Source of the DNA: Fusobacteriota bacterium
GTDB taxonomy: Bacteria > Fusobacteriota > Fusobacteriia > Fusobacteriales > JBNJFI01
Reading direction: 5' to 3'
DNA: 14,562 nt
Assembly: GCA_051746725.1 (NCBI GenBank)
Contig: JBNJFI010000054.1
Span: 1-14,562 of the forward strand
The translations under genes were made by a program, and so were the position numbers. Below, piece after piece: positions 1 through 9,774 of this stretch; the stretch's first letter is position 1; each line of letters starts with the position of its first letter. Under the pieces are notes generated by a model that had not been told where the DNA came from, ran no database searches, and saw nothing but the letters and a program-made list of their open reading frames with translations.

Positions 1-27
1 AAAATATTTATATAAAGGAGAGATTAT

Positions 28-1122
28 ATGATAATTGGAATAATGGGAGTAGGTCTATTAGGTGGGAGTATGGGATATAAATTAAGAAAAACAGGTTGGG
101 CAGATAAAGTTATTGGAATAGGACGAACAGAGAGCAAATTAAAAAAAGCTATAGAATTAGAAACAATTGATGAATATGAGCTTAAATTAAATGAAAAACT
201 TGCAGAAGTTGATATTTTAATTTTAGCTGTTCCAGTTAATTTGATTCCAAAATTTGCTATAAAAGCAAGCCAATACATGAAAAAAGGATCTATTATAACT
301 GATGTTGGTAGTACAAAAAAGAAATTAACACAAGAAATTGAAAATAATTTAAATAAAGATATTAACTTTATAGGTGGTCATCCAATGGCAGGGTCTGAAA
401 AAGTTGGAGTAGAAGCATTTGACCCAAATCTCTTTGAAAATGCGATATATGTTATAACAGAAACAGAAAAGACTGACAAAAAAGCTTATAATACAATAAA
501 AGATATGGCTAAAACTTTAAAAGCTATACCTTTAAAGATGGATATAGATAATCATGATTTTTCAGTTGCAGCTATAAGTCACTTACCACACTTGACTGCT
601 TCATCTTTAGTCAATTGTATAGACAAATTAGACAATGAAAATAATCATATATTGGCACTAGCAGCTGGAGGATTTAAAGATAGTACTAGAATAGCGTCTG
701 GAAGCCCTGTAATGTGGCGGGATATATGTCTAAACAATAGTGATAAAATAATAGAAGTTATTGATAAATTTAAAGAAGAATTAGATGCATTTCGAGATAC
801 GATATCTAATAAAAATGGTGAAAAGATGGAGCAGTTATTTAGGAATGGAAAAAAAGTAAGAGATGATCTTCCTAATAGAAGAAAGGGAATAATATCTCCT
901 ATGTTAGATATTAGAATTTTCGTTCCAGACGAACCAGGAATAATCGGAAAGATTGCAAATATATTTGGGAATAATGATATAAATATTAAGGATATAGAAG
1001 TTTTACATATTAGAGAAAATGAAGGTGGACAGATTAGAGTTGGTTTAGAAGATAAGGGTAATCAAGATAAAATAACTGAAATATTAGATGCTAATAATTA
1101 TAAATATCAAATTTTAAGTTAA
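28..1122 (+). CDS. tyrA: Prephenate dehydrogenase with C-terminal ACT domain
   Basis: N-terminal Rossmann motif GVGLLGGS, then DVGSTK, GGHPMAGSE, HD..VAAISHLPH and GGFKDSTRIA. The C-terminus is ACT-like (VPDEPGIIGKIANIFGNNDINIKDIEV). RBS AAGGAG at 15-20. Confidence 0.95.
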   Translation: MIIGIMGVGLLGGSMGYKLRKTGWADKVIGIGRTESKLKKAIELETIDEYELKLNEKLAEVDILILAVPVNLIPKFAIKASQYMKKGSIITDVGSTKKKLTQEIENNLNKDINFIGGHPMAGSEKVGVEAFDPNLFENAIYVITETEKTDKKAYNTIKDMAKTLKAIPLKMDIDNHDFSVAAISHLPHLTASSLVNCIDKLDNENNHILALAAGGFKDSTRIASGSPVMWRDICLNNSDKIIEVIDKFKEELDAFRDTISNKNGEKMEQLFRNGKKVRDDLPNRRKGIISPMLDIRIFVPDEPGIIGKIANIFGNNDINIKDIEVLHIRENEGGQIRVGLEDKGNQDKITEILDANNYKYQILS

Positions 1123-1131
1123 GGAGTAATG

Positions 1132-2049
1132 ATGTCAACTGATGATAAATTGGCTTTAGTCTTAGGGGGAGGATCTGCATGGGGACTTTCTCATATTGGT
1201 GTTATTAAAAGATTAGAAGAAGCAAATATTGTGCCAGACATAATTGCAGGTTGTAGTATTGGAGCCATGGTAGGAGCTTTTTATTGCCTTGGAATGCCAA
1301 TGAAATATTTAGAACAATTAGCTATTAATTTTGATTATAAAAAATTACTTGATTTTTCTATGAGTAGAGATAGTTTATTAAAAGGAAGAGAAGCATTTGA
1401 ACTAATAAAACTTTTAACTGCAAATAAAAATTTCAAAGATACTAAAATAAAATTCGGAGTAAATGCTGTCGAATTTAAAACTGGAAAAGAGTACCATTTT
1501 ACAGAGGGAAATATTGCAGCAGCAGTTCGAGCTAGCATATCAATTCCTTTTATTTTCAGGCCAGCTTTGGTTAAAGGAAAAGTTTATGTGGATGGGGGAG
1601 TCTCTCAACCTCTACCAATCGAAACTGCAAAACTGTTAGGGGCTACTCGAATAATTTCAGTGGGTTTTTCTGATCTTTTAAATGAAGTTCCTTCCGATAA
1701 AAGTTTAGAAAAAAAAATGACTAATGGTGATCTTTTATTGGATAATATAACCAAAAAAGATTTATTAAAAAAAGTATATGTAGATTTTTTAAAAGGACTT
1801 AAGAAAAAAGCTCAGAAAGATTCTAATCACAATTATCAATATACTATTGAAAATATGCTGAGTATTTTTATGAGATTTGGGGTTTCATCGGAACATAAAA
1901 AATCTGATTTTCATATGTCGCCTGACGTGACTCATATAAATAAGATGAATTTTTATGCCGCTGATAAATTAATAAAAATCGGATATGAGGAAGCAGATTT
2001 AAAAATGTCAAGATTACTAAAAACTATTGAAAAATGGAACGAGGAGTAA
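1132..2049 (+). CDS. Patatin-like phospholipase (RssA/NTE-like family)
   Basis: Gly-rich loop LGGGSAWGLSHIGV, nucleophile motif GCSIG (G-x-S-x-G), ASISIP and catalytic DGG. The second ATG (1132) is preferred over 1129 because of its spacing from AAGGAG at 1121-1126. Confidence 0.9.
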   Translation: MSTDDKLALVLGGGSAWGLSHIGVIKRLEEANIVPDIIAGCSIGAMVGAFYCLGMPMKYLEQLAINFDYKKLLDFSMSRDSLLKGREAFELIKLLTANKNFKDTKIKFGVNAVEFKTGKEYHFTEGNIAAAVRASISIPFIFRPALVKGKVYVDGGVSQPLPIETAKLLGATRIISVGFSDLLNEVPSDKSLEKKMTNGDLLLDNITKKDLLKKVYVDFLKGLKKKAQKDSNHNYQYTIENMLSIFMRFGVSSEHKKSDFHMSPDVTHINKMNFYAADKLIKIGYEEADLKMSRLLKTIEKWNEE

Positions 2050-2052
2050 AAA

Positions 2053-2652
2053 ATGGAAAATATAAAAGCATTTATTTTTGACTTTGGAGGAGTTATTATA
2101 GACAATCCTTCACAGGGAATAATTAAATTTTGCCTGGATAAATTAAATATCAAAAAAGATGATTTTTCAAAATTAACAATAAAAAAATCTTTAGATGATT
2201 TTCAAAGAGGATTAATCTTGGAAAATGAGTTTTGGGAACAAATATATTTAAGTATGGATCTCAATCCTAAGAAAAATATCAATATTTGGGGAGAGGCCTT
2301 AAAGTCTACTTTTTCTGAGAAAAAAGAAATTATTGAAGTTATCAAAAAATTAAAAAAGAAAAATTTTAAGATAGGACTTATTACTAATACTGAAAAGCCA
2401 AACCAAATGATAATCCAAGAACAAAACTATCCCTTTTTTGACGTAGAAGTCTACTCTTGTTCTGAAGGAATAATAAAACCGAATTCCGAGATCTATAAAT
2501 TAGCTTTAAAAAGACTTGATATAAAACCTAGAGAAGCTGTTTTTATTGATGATAAAAAAGAAAATATATTAGGGGCAAAAAAGGTAGGAATTAATGTAAT
2601 ACTGTTTGATAATTCTACTAATGTTATCAAAAAAATTAATGATATTATATGA
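2053..2652 (+). CDS. HAD-superfamily hydrolase/phosphatase (YihX-like, subfamily IA)
   Basis: Motif I FDFGGV, motif II ITN, motif III KP, motif IV FIDD..EN..GA..VG. RBS GAGGAG at 2041-2046. Confidence 0.9.
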   Translation: MENIKAFIFDFGGVIIDNPSQGIIKFCLDKLNIKKDDFSKLTIKKSLDDFQRGLILENEFWEQIYLSMDLNPKKNINIWGEALKSTFSEKKEIIEVIKKLKKKNFKIGLITNTEKPNQMIIQEQNYPFFDVEVYSCSEGIIKPNSEIYKLALKRLDIKPREAVFIDDKKENILGAKKVGINVILFDNSTNVIKKINDII

Positions 2653-2674
2653 ATTTATTCAAAAGGGGGATAAT

Positions 2675-3517
2675 TTGAAAAAAATAGTTATTTTAATCTT
2701 AGCTATTAATATTTCTTTAATAGGAGAAACCTTTACTGATATTTCTTTTGGGATAGGTAGAGAATACTATAATTGGAAAGAATTTATTAATGGTGAATTA
2801 TTATTAGAAGAAAATGGACCGCTGTAAATAATGACAACAACTTTAACCTATAGGGAATCCGAAGATTGGAATTTAATAAAAGAAAATAGTTATAGTTATA
2901 AAGTAAAATTAAATACTTCATTTTATGATGGGAGAATTGCTTATAGCGGAAATCAATCAGGTGAAAAATTTTATACTCAAACTGATATTTATGGATTCAA
3001 ATCAGAATTAGGTTATCTTAAAGATATTTTCAAAAAAGATTCTTATTCATGGGTAATTAACTTAGGAGTGGGTTTAGATAAATGGAGCCGATACATCAAT
3101 AGCGGAAAAGTTTATAATAAAACCTCAGGATGGGAATCATCTGAGACTTCAGAGGTAACTGGGTATTATGAAAAATACACACATACTTACTCGGATATTT
3201 CAATTATTTTAAAAAGTCTAAATATAGATGGACCAAATTATGAATTTGAGATTGGAACTAATTATCCGATATATATTTTGGAAATTGTTGAGTTAGAAAA
3301 AGTTGGATATCCTGAAAATGTTGAATTAAATCCAGGAAAAGAGTTCTCGCCATATTCTAGAATATCTTTTTTACCTAACGATAACTTTAAATTAAATTTA
3401 TATATAAACTCTAAACTTTTACCTATGTCTGATATCGACTCTAAGACAAAATTTTTTCAACCAAAATCTATGCAGATTAGGTATGGAATTAATTTTGAAT
3501 ATATGTTTAGAGATTAA
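2675..3517 (+). pseudogene. Probable outer-membrane beta-barrel protein interrupted by an in-frame TAA (2825-2827); either a pseudogene or a base-call error
   Basis: ORFs 2606-2827 and 2831-3517 are in the same frame, separated only by TAA and one ATA codon. A TTG start at 2675 follows the RBS AAGGGGGA and gives a signal peptide (MKKIVILILAINISLIG). The body is rich in Tyr, Gly and other aromatic residues, and it ends in a beta-signal-like YGINFEYMF(RD). Confidence 0.7.
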
Positions 3518-3556
3518 TATTTTAGATTTAGACAACAAAAAAAATATGGTTATACC

Positions 3557-3585
3557 TTGAATTTAAATTGTTTATATGGTATAAT
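3557..3585 (+). promoter_or_regulatory. Sigma70-type promoter with extended -10 for the pyrG operon
   Basis: TTGAAT (3557-3562), 17-bp spacer, TG at 3577-3578 and a perfect TATAAT (3580-3585). Predicted +1 is about 3591-3592. Confidence 0.8.
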
Positions 3586-3615
3586 TTATGAGAATAAAAA
3601 ATTGATCTGATTTAG

Positions 3616-3644
3616 AAAAAAAGACGTTTATTCGTCTTTTTTTT
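3616..3644 (+). terminator. Intrinsic terminator/attenuator hairpin in the pyrG 5' leader
   Basis: AAAAAAAGACG (3616-3626), loop TTTATT, CGTCTTTTTTT (3633-3643); the T run extends to 3644. It lies between the promoter and the pyrG RBS. Confidence 0.7.
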
Positions 3645-3685
3645 ATTTTAAAAAATACTAAAAATCAAATAAGAAGGAGAATTAG

Positions 3686-5284
<1,599 letters not shown>

Positions 5285-5289
5285 ATGAT

Positions 5290-6000
5290 ATGTTAGGTAT
5301 TATAGGAGCAATGCAGGAAGAAATTTTAGATTTGAAAAATAAAATGAAAGATATTGAAGAAGTTAATATAGCAAATGGACTATATTGGAAGGGTAAACTA
5401 AATGGTTATCCTGTTGTTTTGACTAAATCGGGAATTGGAAAAGTCAATGCTGCCATGTCAACCACGATATTAATAACAAATTTTAATATTGATAAATTAA
5501 TATTTACTGGAGTAGCTGGAGCAATTAATCCAAAATTGGAAATAGAAGATTTTGTTATCTCCCGAGACTTGATTCAACATGACGTTGATGCAACTGCTTT
5601 TGGAGCAAAATTAGGGGAAATACCTAGAATGAAAACTTCAACATTTAAGGCTTCGCCAAATTTGGTTGAGATGACAAAAGAAATTTTAGATACTAATTTT
5701 TCTGATAGAACTAATTTTATAGGTAGAATCTTAAGTGGAGATCAGTTTATTGCTTCCCAAGAAAAACTTGAAGCACTTTTTAAAATTTTAAAAGGTGATT
5801 GTGTTGAAATGGAAGGTGCTGCTTGTGCTCAAGTGTGTTATCTGTATAATGTCGAATTTGTTGTTGTCAGAATAATTTCTGATAAAGCAAATGAAGAAGC
5901 TAATATTGATTTTGAAAAATTTACCAAAAGAGCAGGAAAAGACACCTCTTTTCTAATCTCAAAAATATGTGAGAAATTAAAGAATGAAAAACAATTGTGA
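5290..6000 (+). CDS. mtnN: 5'-methylthioadenosine/S-adenosylhomocysteine nucleosidase
   Basis: GIIGAMQEE, SGIGKVNAA, FTGVAG, SGDQF, VEMEGAA and RIISD motifs. Confidence 0.96.
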   Translation: MLGIIGAMQEEILDLKNKMKDIEEVNIANGLYWKGKLNGYPVVLTKSGIGKVNAAMSTTILITNFNIDKLIFTGVAGAINPKLEIEDFVISRDLIQHDVDATAFGAKLGEIPRMKTSTFKASPNLVEMTKEILDTNFSDRTNFIGRILSGDQFIASQEKLEALFKILKGDCVEMEGAACAQVCYLYNVEFVVVRIISDKANEEANIDFEKFTKRAGKDTSFLISKICEKLKNEKQL

Positions 6001-6015
6001 TATAAAGGAGAATTC

Positions 6016-7272
6016 ATGGGGGAAGATAATACAAATATATTAGATGAAATACAAAATATATCTAAAACTGGAATAAAGTTGGGTCTAGAGAATATAAATT
6101 TACTTTTAGATAGCTTAGATAATCCTCAGAACAATTACAAAATAATTCATATAGCTGGTAGCAATGGGAAAGGATCTCTTGCTACCATGCTGGAAAATAT
6201 TTTACATAAGTCAGGGTATTCTGTAGGTAAATATACATCTCCACATCTTGTAAGGTTTAACGAGAGAATTAGATATAATTTAAGTGAGATCTCTGATTTG
6301 GAATTAAAAGAAAATTTTAAATCAATAAAAAAAATAATAATAAAAAATAATATAGAAGCTACCTTTTTTGATATTACCACTGCAATTATGTTTTCTTATT
6401 TTTCAAAAAAAAAAATTGATTACCTTGTATTAGAAACAGGTCTAGGAGGAAGATATGATTCTACTAATATTGTTAACTCTGATGTAGTTGCAATAACAAA
6501 TATATCATTCGACCATTCTGATTTTTTAGGAGATACCATTGAAAAAATTTCGTATGAAAAAGCAGGAATAATAAAGAACAATATCCCTGTCTTTCATACT
6601 GTTAAACAAGACAATGCAAAAAAGGTAATAAACAAAGTAGCTAAAAAAATGAACTCTAAAGTACATGATGTGTTAAGTAAAAAATATGAAATCTCCTTAA
6701 ACCCAAGAAAAATATGTACCATTATAAAAATAGATAATCTTGAATTTCAATTACCTTTATATGGGAAATTTCAAGGAGAAAACTTCTTATTAGCTTATGA
6801 AATTTCAAAATATTTAAACATTCCTATTGAATTTATAAAAAAAGGGCTTGATAATTTGATTTGGGAAGGGCGTTTTGAAATTTTAGAAAGAAATCCGTTT
6901 ATAATTTTAGATGGAGCACATAATATTGATTCTGCAATAAAATTAAAAGAAAACATGTTATCTCTTTTCAAAAAAGATGATATAATTGTAATAACTTCTA
7001 TTTTAAAAGATAAGGAAATTCCTAAAATATTAGAGGAATTTCATAAGTTTTCCAACGATGTTATTTTTACATCTTTAAAAAATAACCACCGTGGATTATC
7101 TGGGAAACAATTAAGTAGCTATGACAATAATTTTAATAAAAAGTATATTTGCGAAGATATAAAAGAGGCTATCAAAAAAGGTAAATCTTTAGGAAAAAAA
7201 GCAATTGTGATTGCAGGATCGCTATATCTTATTGGTGAAGTAAAAAGGAGAGTGTATCGTGAGAATATCTAA
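6016..7272 (+). CDS. folC: Folylpolyglutamate synthase/dihydrofolate synthase
   Basis: IHIAGSNGKGS P-loop, YTSPHL..FNERI, LETGLGGRYDSTN, DH..FLG, EKAGI, WEGRFE, LDGAHN and GSLYLIGE. Confidence 0.96.
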   Translation: MGEDNTNILDEIQNISKTGIKLGLENINLLLDSLDNPQNNYKIIHIAGSNGKGSLATMLENILHKSGYSVGKYTSPHLVRFNERIRYNLSEISDLELKENFKSIKKIIIKNNIEATFFDITTAIMFSYFSKKKIDYLVLETGLGGRYDSTNIVNSDVVAITNISFDHSDFLGDTIEKISYEKAGIIKNNIPVFHTVKQDNAKKVINKVAKKMNSKVHDVLSKKYEISLNPRKICTIIKIDNLEFQLPLYGKFQGENFLLAYEISKYLNIPIEFIKKGLDNLIWEGRFEILERNPFIILDGAHNIDSAIKLKENMLSLFKKDDIIVITSILKDKEIPKILEEFHKFSNDVIFTSLKNNHRGLSGKQLSSYDNNFNKKYICEDIKEAIKKGKSLGKKAIVIAGSLYLIGEVKRRVYRENI

Positions 7273-7780
7273 AAAGAGAGTTGTATTTGTAAAGCTATTG
7301 ATTTTAATAGGTTTTATTTATACTTGCTTTTATTTTTATGATAAACTAACTTTAAAAATTTCAAAACTACGAACTCAAAAAAAAATTGAAACTAATAATA
7401 TTATTGATAATTTAAATATCAGGACTAAAGATTTTTATATCAAGGCTCCTGAGAATAAATTAGATAAAAATAATTTAACTTTAGAAAACAAAAATAAATT
7501 AAAAGAAAAAAAACCAGATTCTATTAAAAATACAAATATAAATACAAATACAAATAAAACCAATTATTATATTCAAATAGGAACTTACTCGGAAAAAGAA
7601 AATGCATTAAAAAGGATTAATGAATTAAAAAATTATAATGCTAAAATTGAGAAAAAAACTATTAATAATATAGTTTATAATCAAGTAGTTATTACTGAAA
7701 TTCAAAGTCGAAATGAAGCTAATGAAATTTTAAGTAAAATTCCTAATAGTGAAAATTATTTAATAAGAGTGAGGTATTAG
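7259..7780 (+). CDS. Single-pass membrane protein with C-terminal SPOR (peptidoglycan-binding) domain
   Basis: GTG start after AGGAG (7246-7250). Basic N-tail plus one hydrophobic helix, a Lys/Asn-rich low-complexity linker, then YYIQIGTYSEKENA, which is typical of the SPOR beta1-alpha1 region. Confidence 0.8.
   Translation: MRISKKRVVFVKLLILIGFIYTCFYFYDKLTLKISKLRTQKKIETNNIIDNLNIRTKDFYIKAPENKLDKNNLTLENKNKLKEKKPDSIKNTNINTNTNKTNYYIQIGTYSEKENALKRINELKNYNAKIEKKTINNIVYNQVVITEIQSRNEANEILSKIPNSENYLIRVRY
7528..7557 (+). repeat. Degenerate hexamer tandem repeat (AAATAC x5) encoding an Asn-Thr linker
   Basis: AAATAC AAATAT AAATAC AAATAC AAATAA, translated as NTNINTNTNK just before the SPOR domain. Confidence 0.6.
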
Positions 7781-7782
7781 AT

Positions 7783-9774
7783 ATGGAAAAAGCAACTAAA
7801 ATTAAAGCACTTATAGAAGAATTTAATCTAGAAATAGTAATTGGAGAAGAATGGATTAATAAAGAAATAGTTGTCTCAGATTTACACAGACCAGGAATAG
7901 AATTAACAGGACATACTATTGAGAATAAATATGATATTGAAGGCAAGATCCAAATATTTGGAAAAGAAGAAAAAAAATATATAGAATCTCTTAAAAAAAA
8001 TATAAAACATAAGAACCTCACAAACTATATATCCTATGAATTTCCATGTATTATAGTAACTGAAAATGAAAAGATTGATAAAATGGTACTGGAAATTTCT
8101 AATTATTATCACACTCCAGTTTTCAGAACAAAAGAAAAGTTAGAATTTTTTATGGAAAAACTACATACTTTTTTGGAAAAAAAACTAGCTGCTGAAATTA
8201 CAGTTCGAGGCTTTACTCTCATGGAAGTTTTTGGAATGGGAATTTTAATAAAAGGGGATGCTAAATCAAAAATAGGAGCTACTATAGAATTATTAGAAAA
8301 AGGGCATATTTATATAACAGATGATGTATTAACCATTAAGCATATCTCTGAAACTACTTTAATTGGAATGGATGAATACAAAAAAGAGCATCAAAAAGAA
8401 CATTATTATTTAAATTTGAATTCTTCAAAAAAGATAAATGTAATTGAATTTTATGGGATAGGATCTGTAAGATCTCAAAAGGGTATAGATCTTATAATAA
8501 ATTTTGAAAATTGGAAGAAAGGAAAATTCTATGATAGATTGGGAGTTGATACTAAAACTCAATTTTTACTAGGAGTCGAAATACCAAAATTAAGTATCCC
8601 TGTGCGTAAAGGTAGAAATTTAAGTATTATAATTGAAGCTGCTGCAAGAAACCAACGTCTTAAACAAAGTGGTAAAAATTCTGCTATATATTTTCTAGAG
8701 CAAACTAAAGACTTGATTGCAAAAAATAACGTCAAAGAAGGAGAAAGTAATATGAAAAAAATTAAATCATTATCTCTCAATAAATTAGTCGACAAATTTG
8801 ATTTTCAGATTTTAGCTGGTGAAGATGAATTAGATAGTCATGAGATAAGAGAAAAAAAAGTTCATAGACCTTCTCTAGAATTCACAGGATTTTATGATAT
8901 ATTAGAAGAAAGTGGAGAACATAAAATACATTTAATCGGAGAAACTGAGTTAAAATATTTAGATAAACTCCCTGTTGATGTTAGACGTGAACACTTACAA
9001 AATTATTTAAATTATGAAATACCAGTTATTATACTTACTAATATAAAAACAGTTCCTGAGTATTTTTTAGAAATGGTAAAAAAAACAAAAAAGGTATTAT
9101 TAAGTAAAGAAATTAAAGGTTCTAAACTTATGATAAATCTAAATGAATATCTAAATAGATATTTTGCCCCATTTATAACTTTACATGGAGTTTTTGTTGA
9201 GGTATTTGGTTTTGGTGTTCTATTAATGGGGAAAAGTGGTATTGGGAAAAGTGAGACGGCTTTGGAATTAATTCATAGAGGTCATCGTCTAATTGCAGAT
9301 GATATGATAAAATTGAAAAAGTATTCAGATGGCCGAGTGGTAGGAAGAGCTGAAAAAATCCCATATTTCATGGAAATACGTGGATTAGGTATTATAGATA
9401 TCAAAACTCTATATGGTTTAGGAGCTGTTCGAAGTAGTAAACAACTAGATTTGATTTTAAATCTTGAGGAATTTGAACCAGGAGATGATGAAACAAATGA
9501 CTATGAAGAGGATAATTATCAAATTCTCAAAAAAGATTTTCCGAGAATAACTCTCCATATATCATCTGGTAGAAATGCAGCATCTATGGTTGAGATCGCT
9601 ACAATGAACTTAAGAGCTAAAATTGGAGGATATGATTCTACTAAAAGTTATATAAAAAATCATGAGAATATGGAAAAAATTATAAAAGAAGGTAAGAAAA
9701 AACCTGAACAAAAAACATTTAAAAATTTAGAACAAATAGTCATGGAAAAAGGTGATTATGAAACACAAAACTAA
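7783..9774 (+). CDS. hprK: HPr(Ser) kinase/phosphorylase with two tandem HprK units (N-terminal unit degenerate)
   Basis: 663 aa, about twice a normal HprK. The C-terminal unit has HGV, GKSGIGKSETALEL, LIADD and MEIRGLGIID. The N-terminal unit has HRPGIELTG, ITDD, FYDRLG and IPVRKGRNL but a broken Walker A (GDAKSKIG). Confidence 0.93.
   Translation: MEKATKIKALIEEFNLEIVIGEEWINKEIVVSDLHRPGIELTGHTIENKYDIEGKIQIFGKEEKKYIESLKKNIKHKNLTNYISYEFPCIIVTENEKIDKMVLEISNYYHTPVFRTKEKLEFFMEKLHTFLEKKLAAEITVRGFTLMEVFGMGILIKGDAKSKIGATIELLEKGHIYITDDVLTIKHISETTLIGMDEYKKEHQKEHYYLNLNSSKKINVIEFYGIGSVRSQKGIDLIINFENWKKGKFYDRLGVDTKTQFLLGVEIPKLSIPVRKGRNLSIIIEAAARNQRLKQSGKNSAIYFLEQTKDLIAKNNVKEGESNMKKIKSLSLNKLVDKFDFQILAGEDELDSHEIREKKVHRPSLEFTGFYDILEESGEHKIHLIGETELKYLDKLPVDVRREHLQNYLNYEIPVIILTNIKTVPEYFLEMVKKTKKVLLSKEIKGSKLMINLNEYLNRYFAPFITLHGVFVEVFGFGVLLMGKSGIGKSETALELIHRGHRLIADDMIKLKKYSDGRVVGRAEKIPYFMEIRGLGIIDIKTLYGLGAVRSSKQLDLILNLEEFEPGDDETNDYEEDNYQILKKDFPRITLHISSGRNAASMVEIATMNLRAKIGGYDSTKSYIKNHENMEKIIKEGKKKPEQKTFKNLEQIVMEKGDYETQN
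8738..8754 (+). promoter_or_regulatory. Putative internal in-frame translation start (RBS + ATG) at the hprK domain junction
   Basis: AAGGAG (8738-8743), 8-nt spacer, ATG (8752-8754) = Met324, followed by an A-rich MKKIK start. It falls exactly where the second HprK unit begins. Confidence 0.5.

Noticed and set aside
2074..2094. HAD motif I lacking the second Asp (DFGGV) as a sign of inactivation
   Set aside because: D-x-G-G/N-V is normal for the YihX-like HAD subfamily.
2606..2674. 5' extension of the 73-aa ORF (start at 2606)
   Set aside because: It overlaps the HAD gene and lacks an RBS; TTG at 2675 has a good RBS and begins a signal peptide.
2825..2827. TAA reassignment, or selenocysteine/pyrrolysine-type recoding
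   Set aside because: TAA is the normal stop for several genes here (tyrA, patatin, folB, helicase). Sec and Pyl use TGA and TAG, and no recoding hairpin is evident.
3544..3583. Short repeats around the promoter (ATATGGT twice; TATACC/GGTATA inverted) as an operator
   Set aside because: These are only 6-7 bp matches in very AT-rich DNA, and they partly consist of the -10 element itself.
3588..3605. Mini-ORF MRIKN as a pyrG leader peptide
   Set aside because: Its ATG lies only 2 nt after the -10 box, upstream of the expected +1, and it has no RBS.
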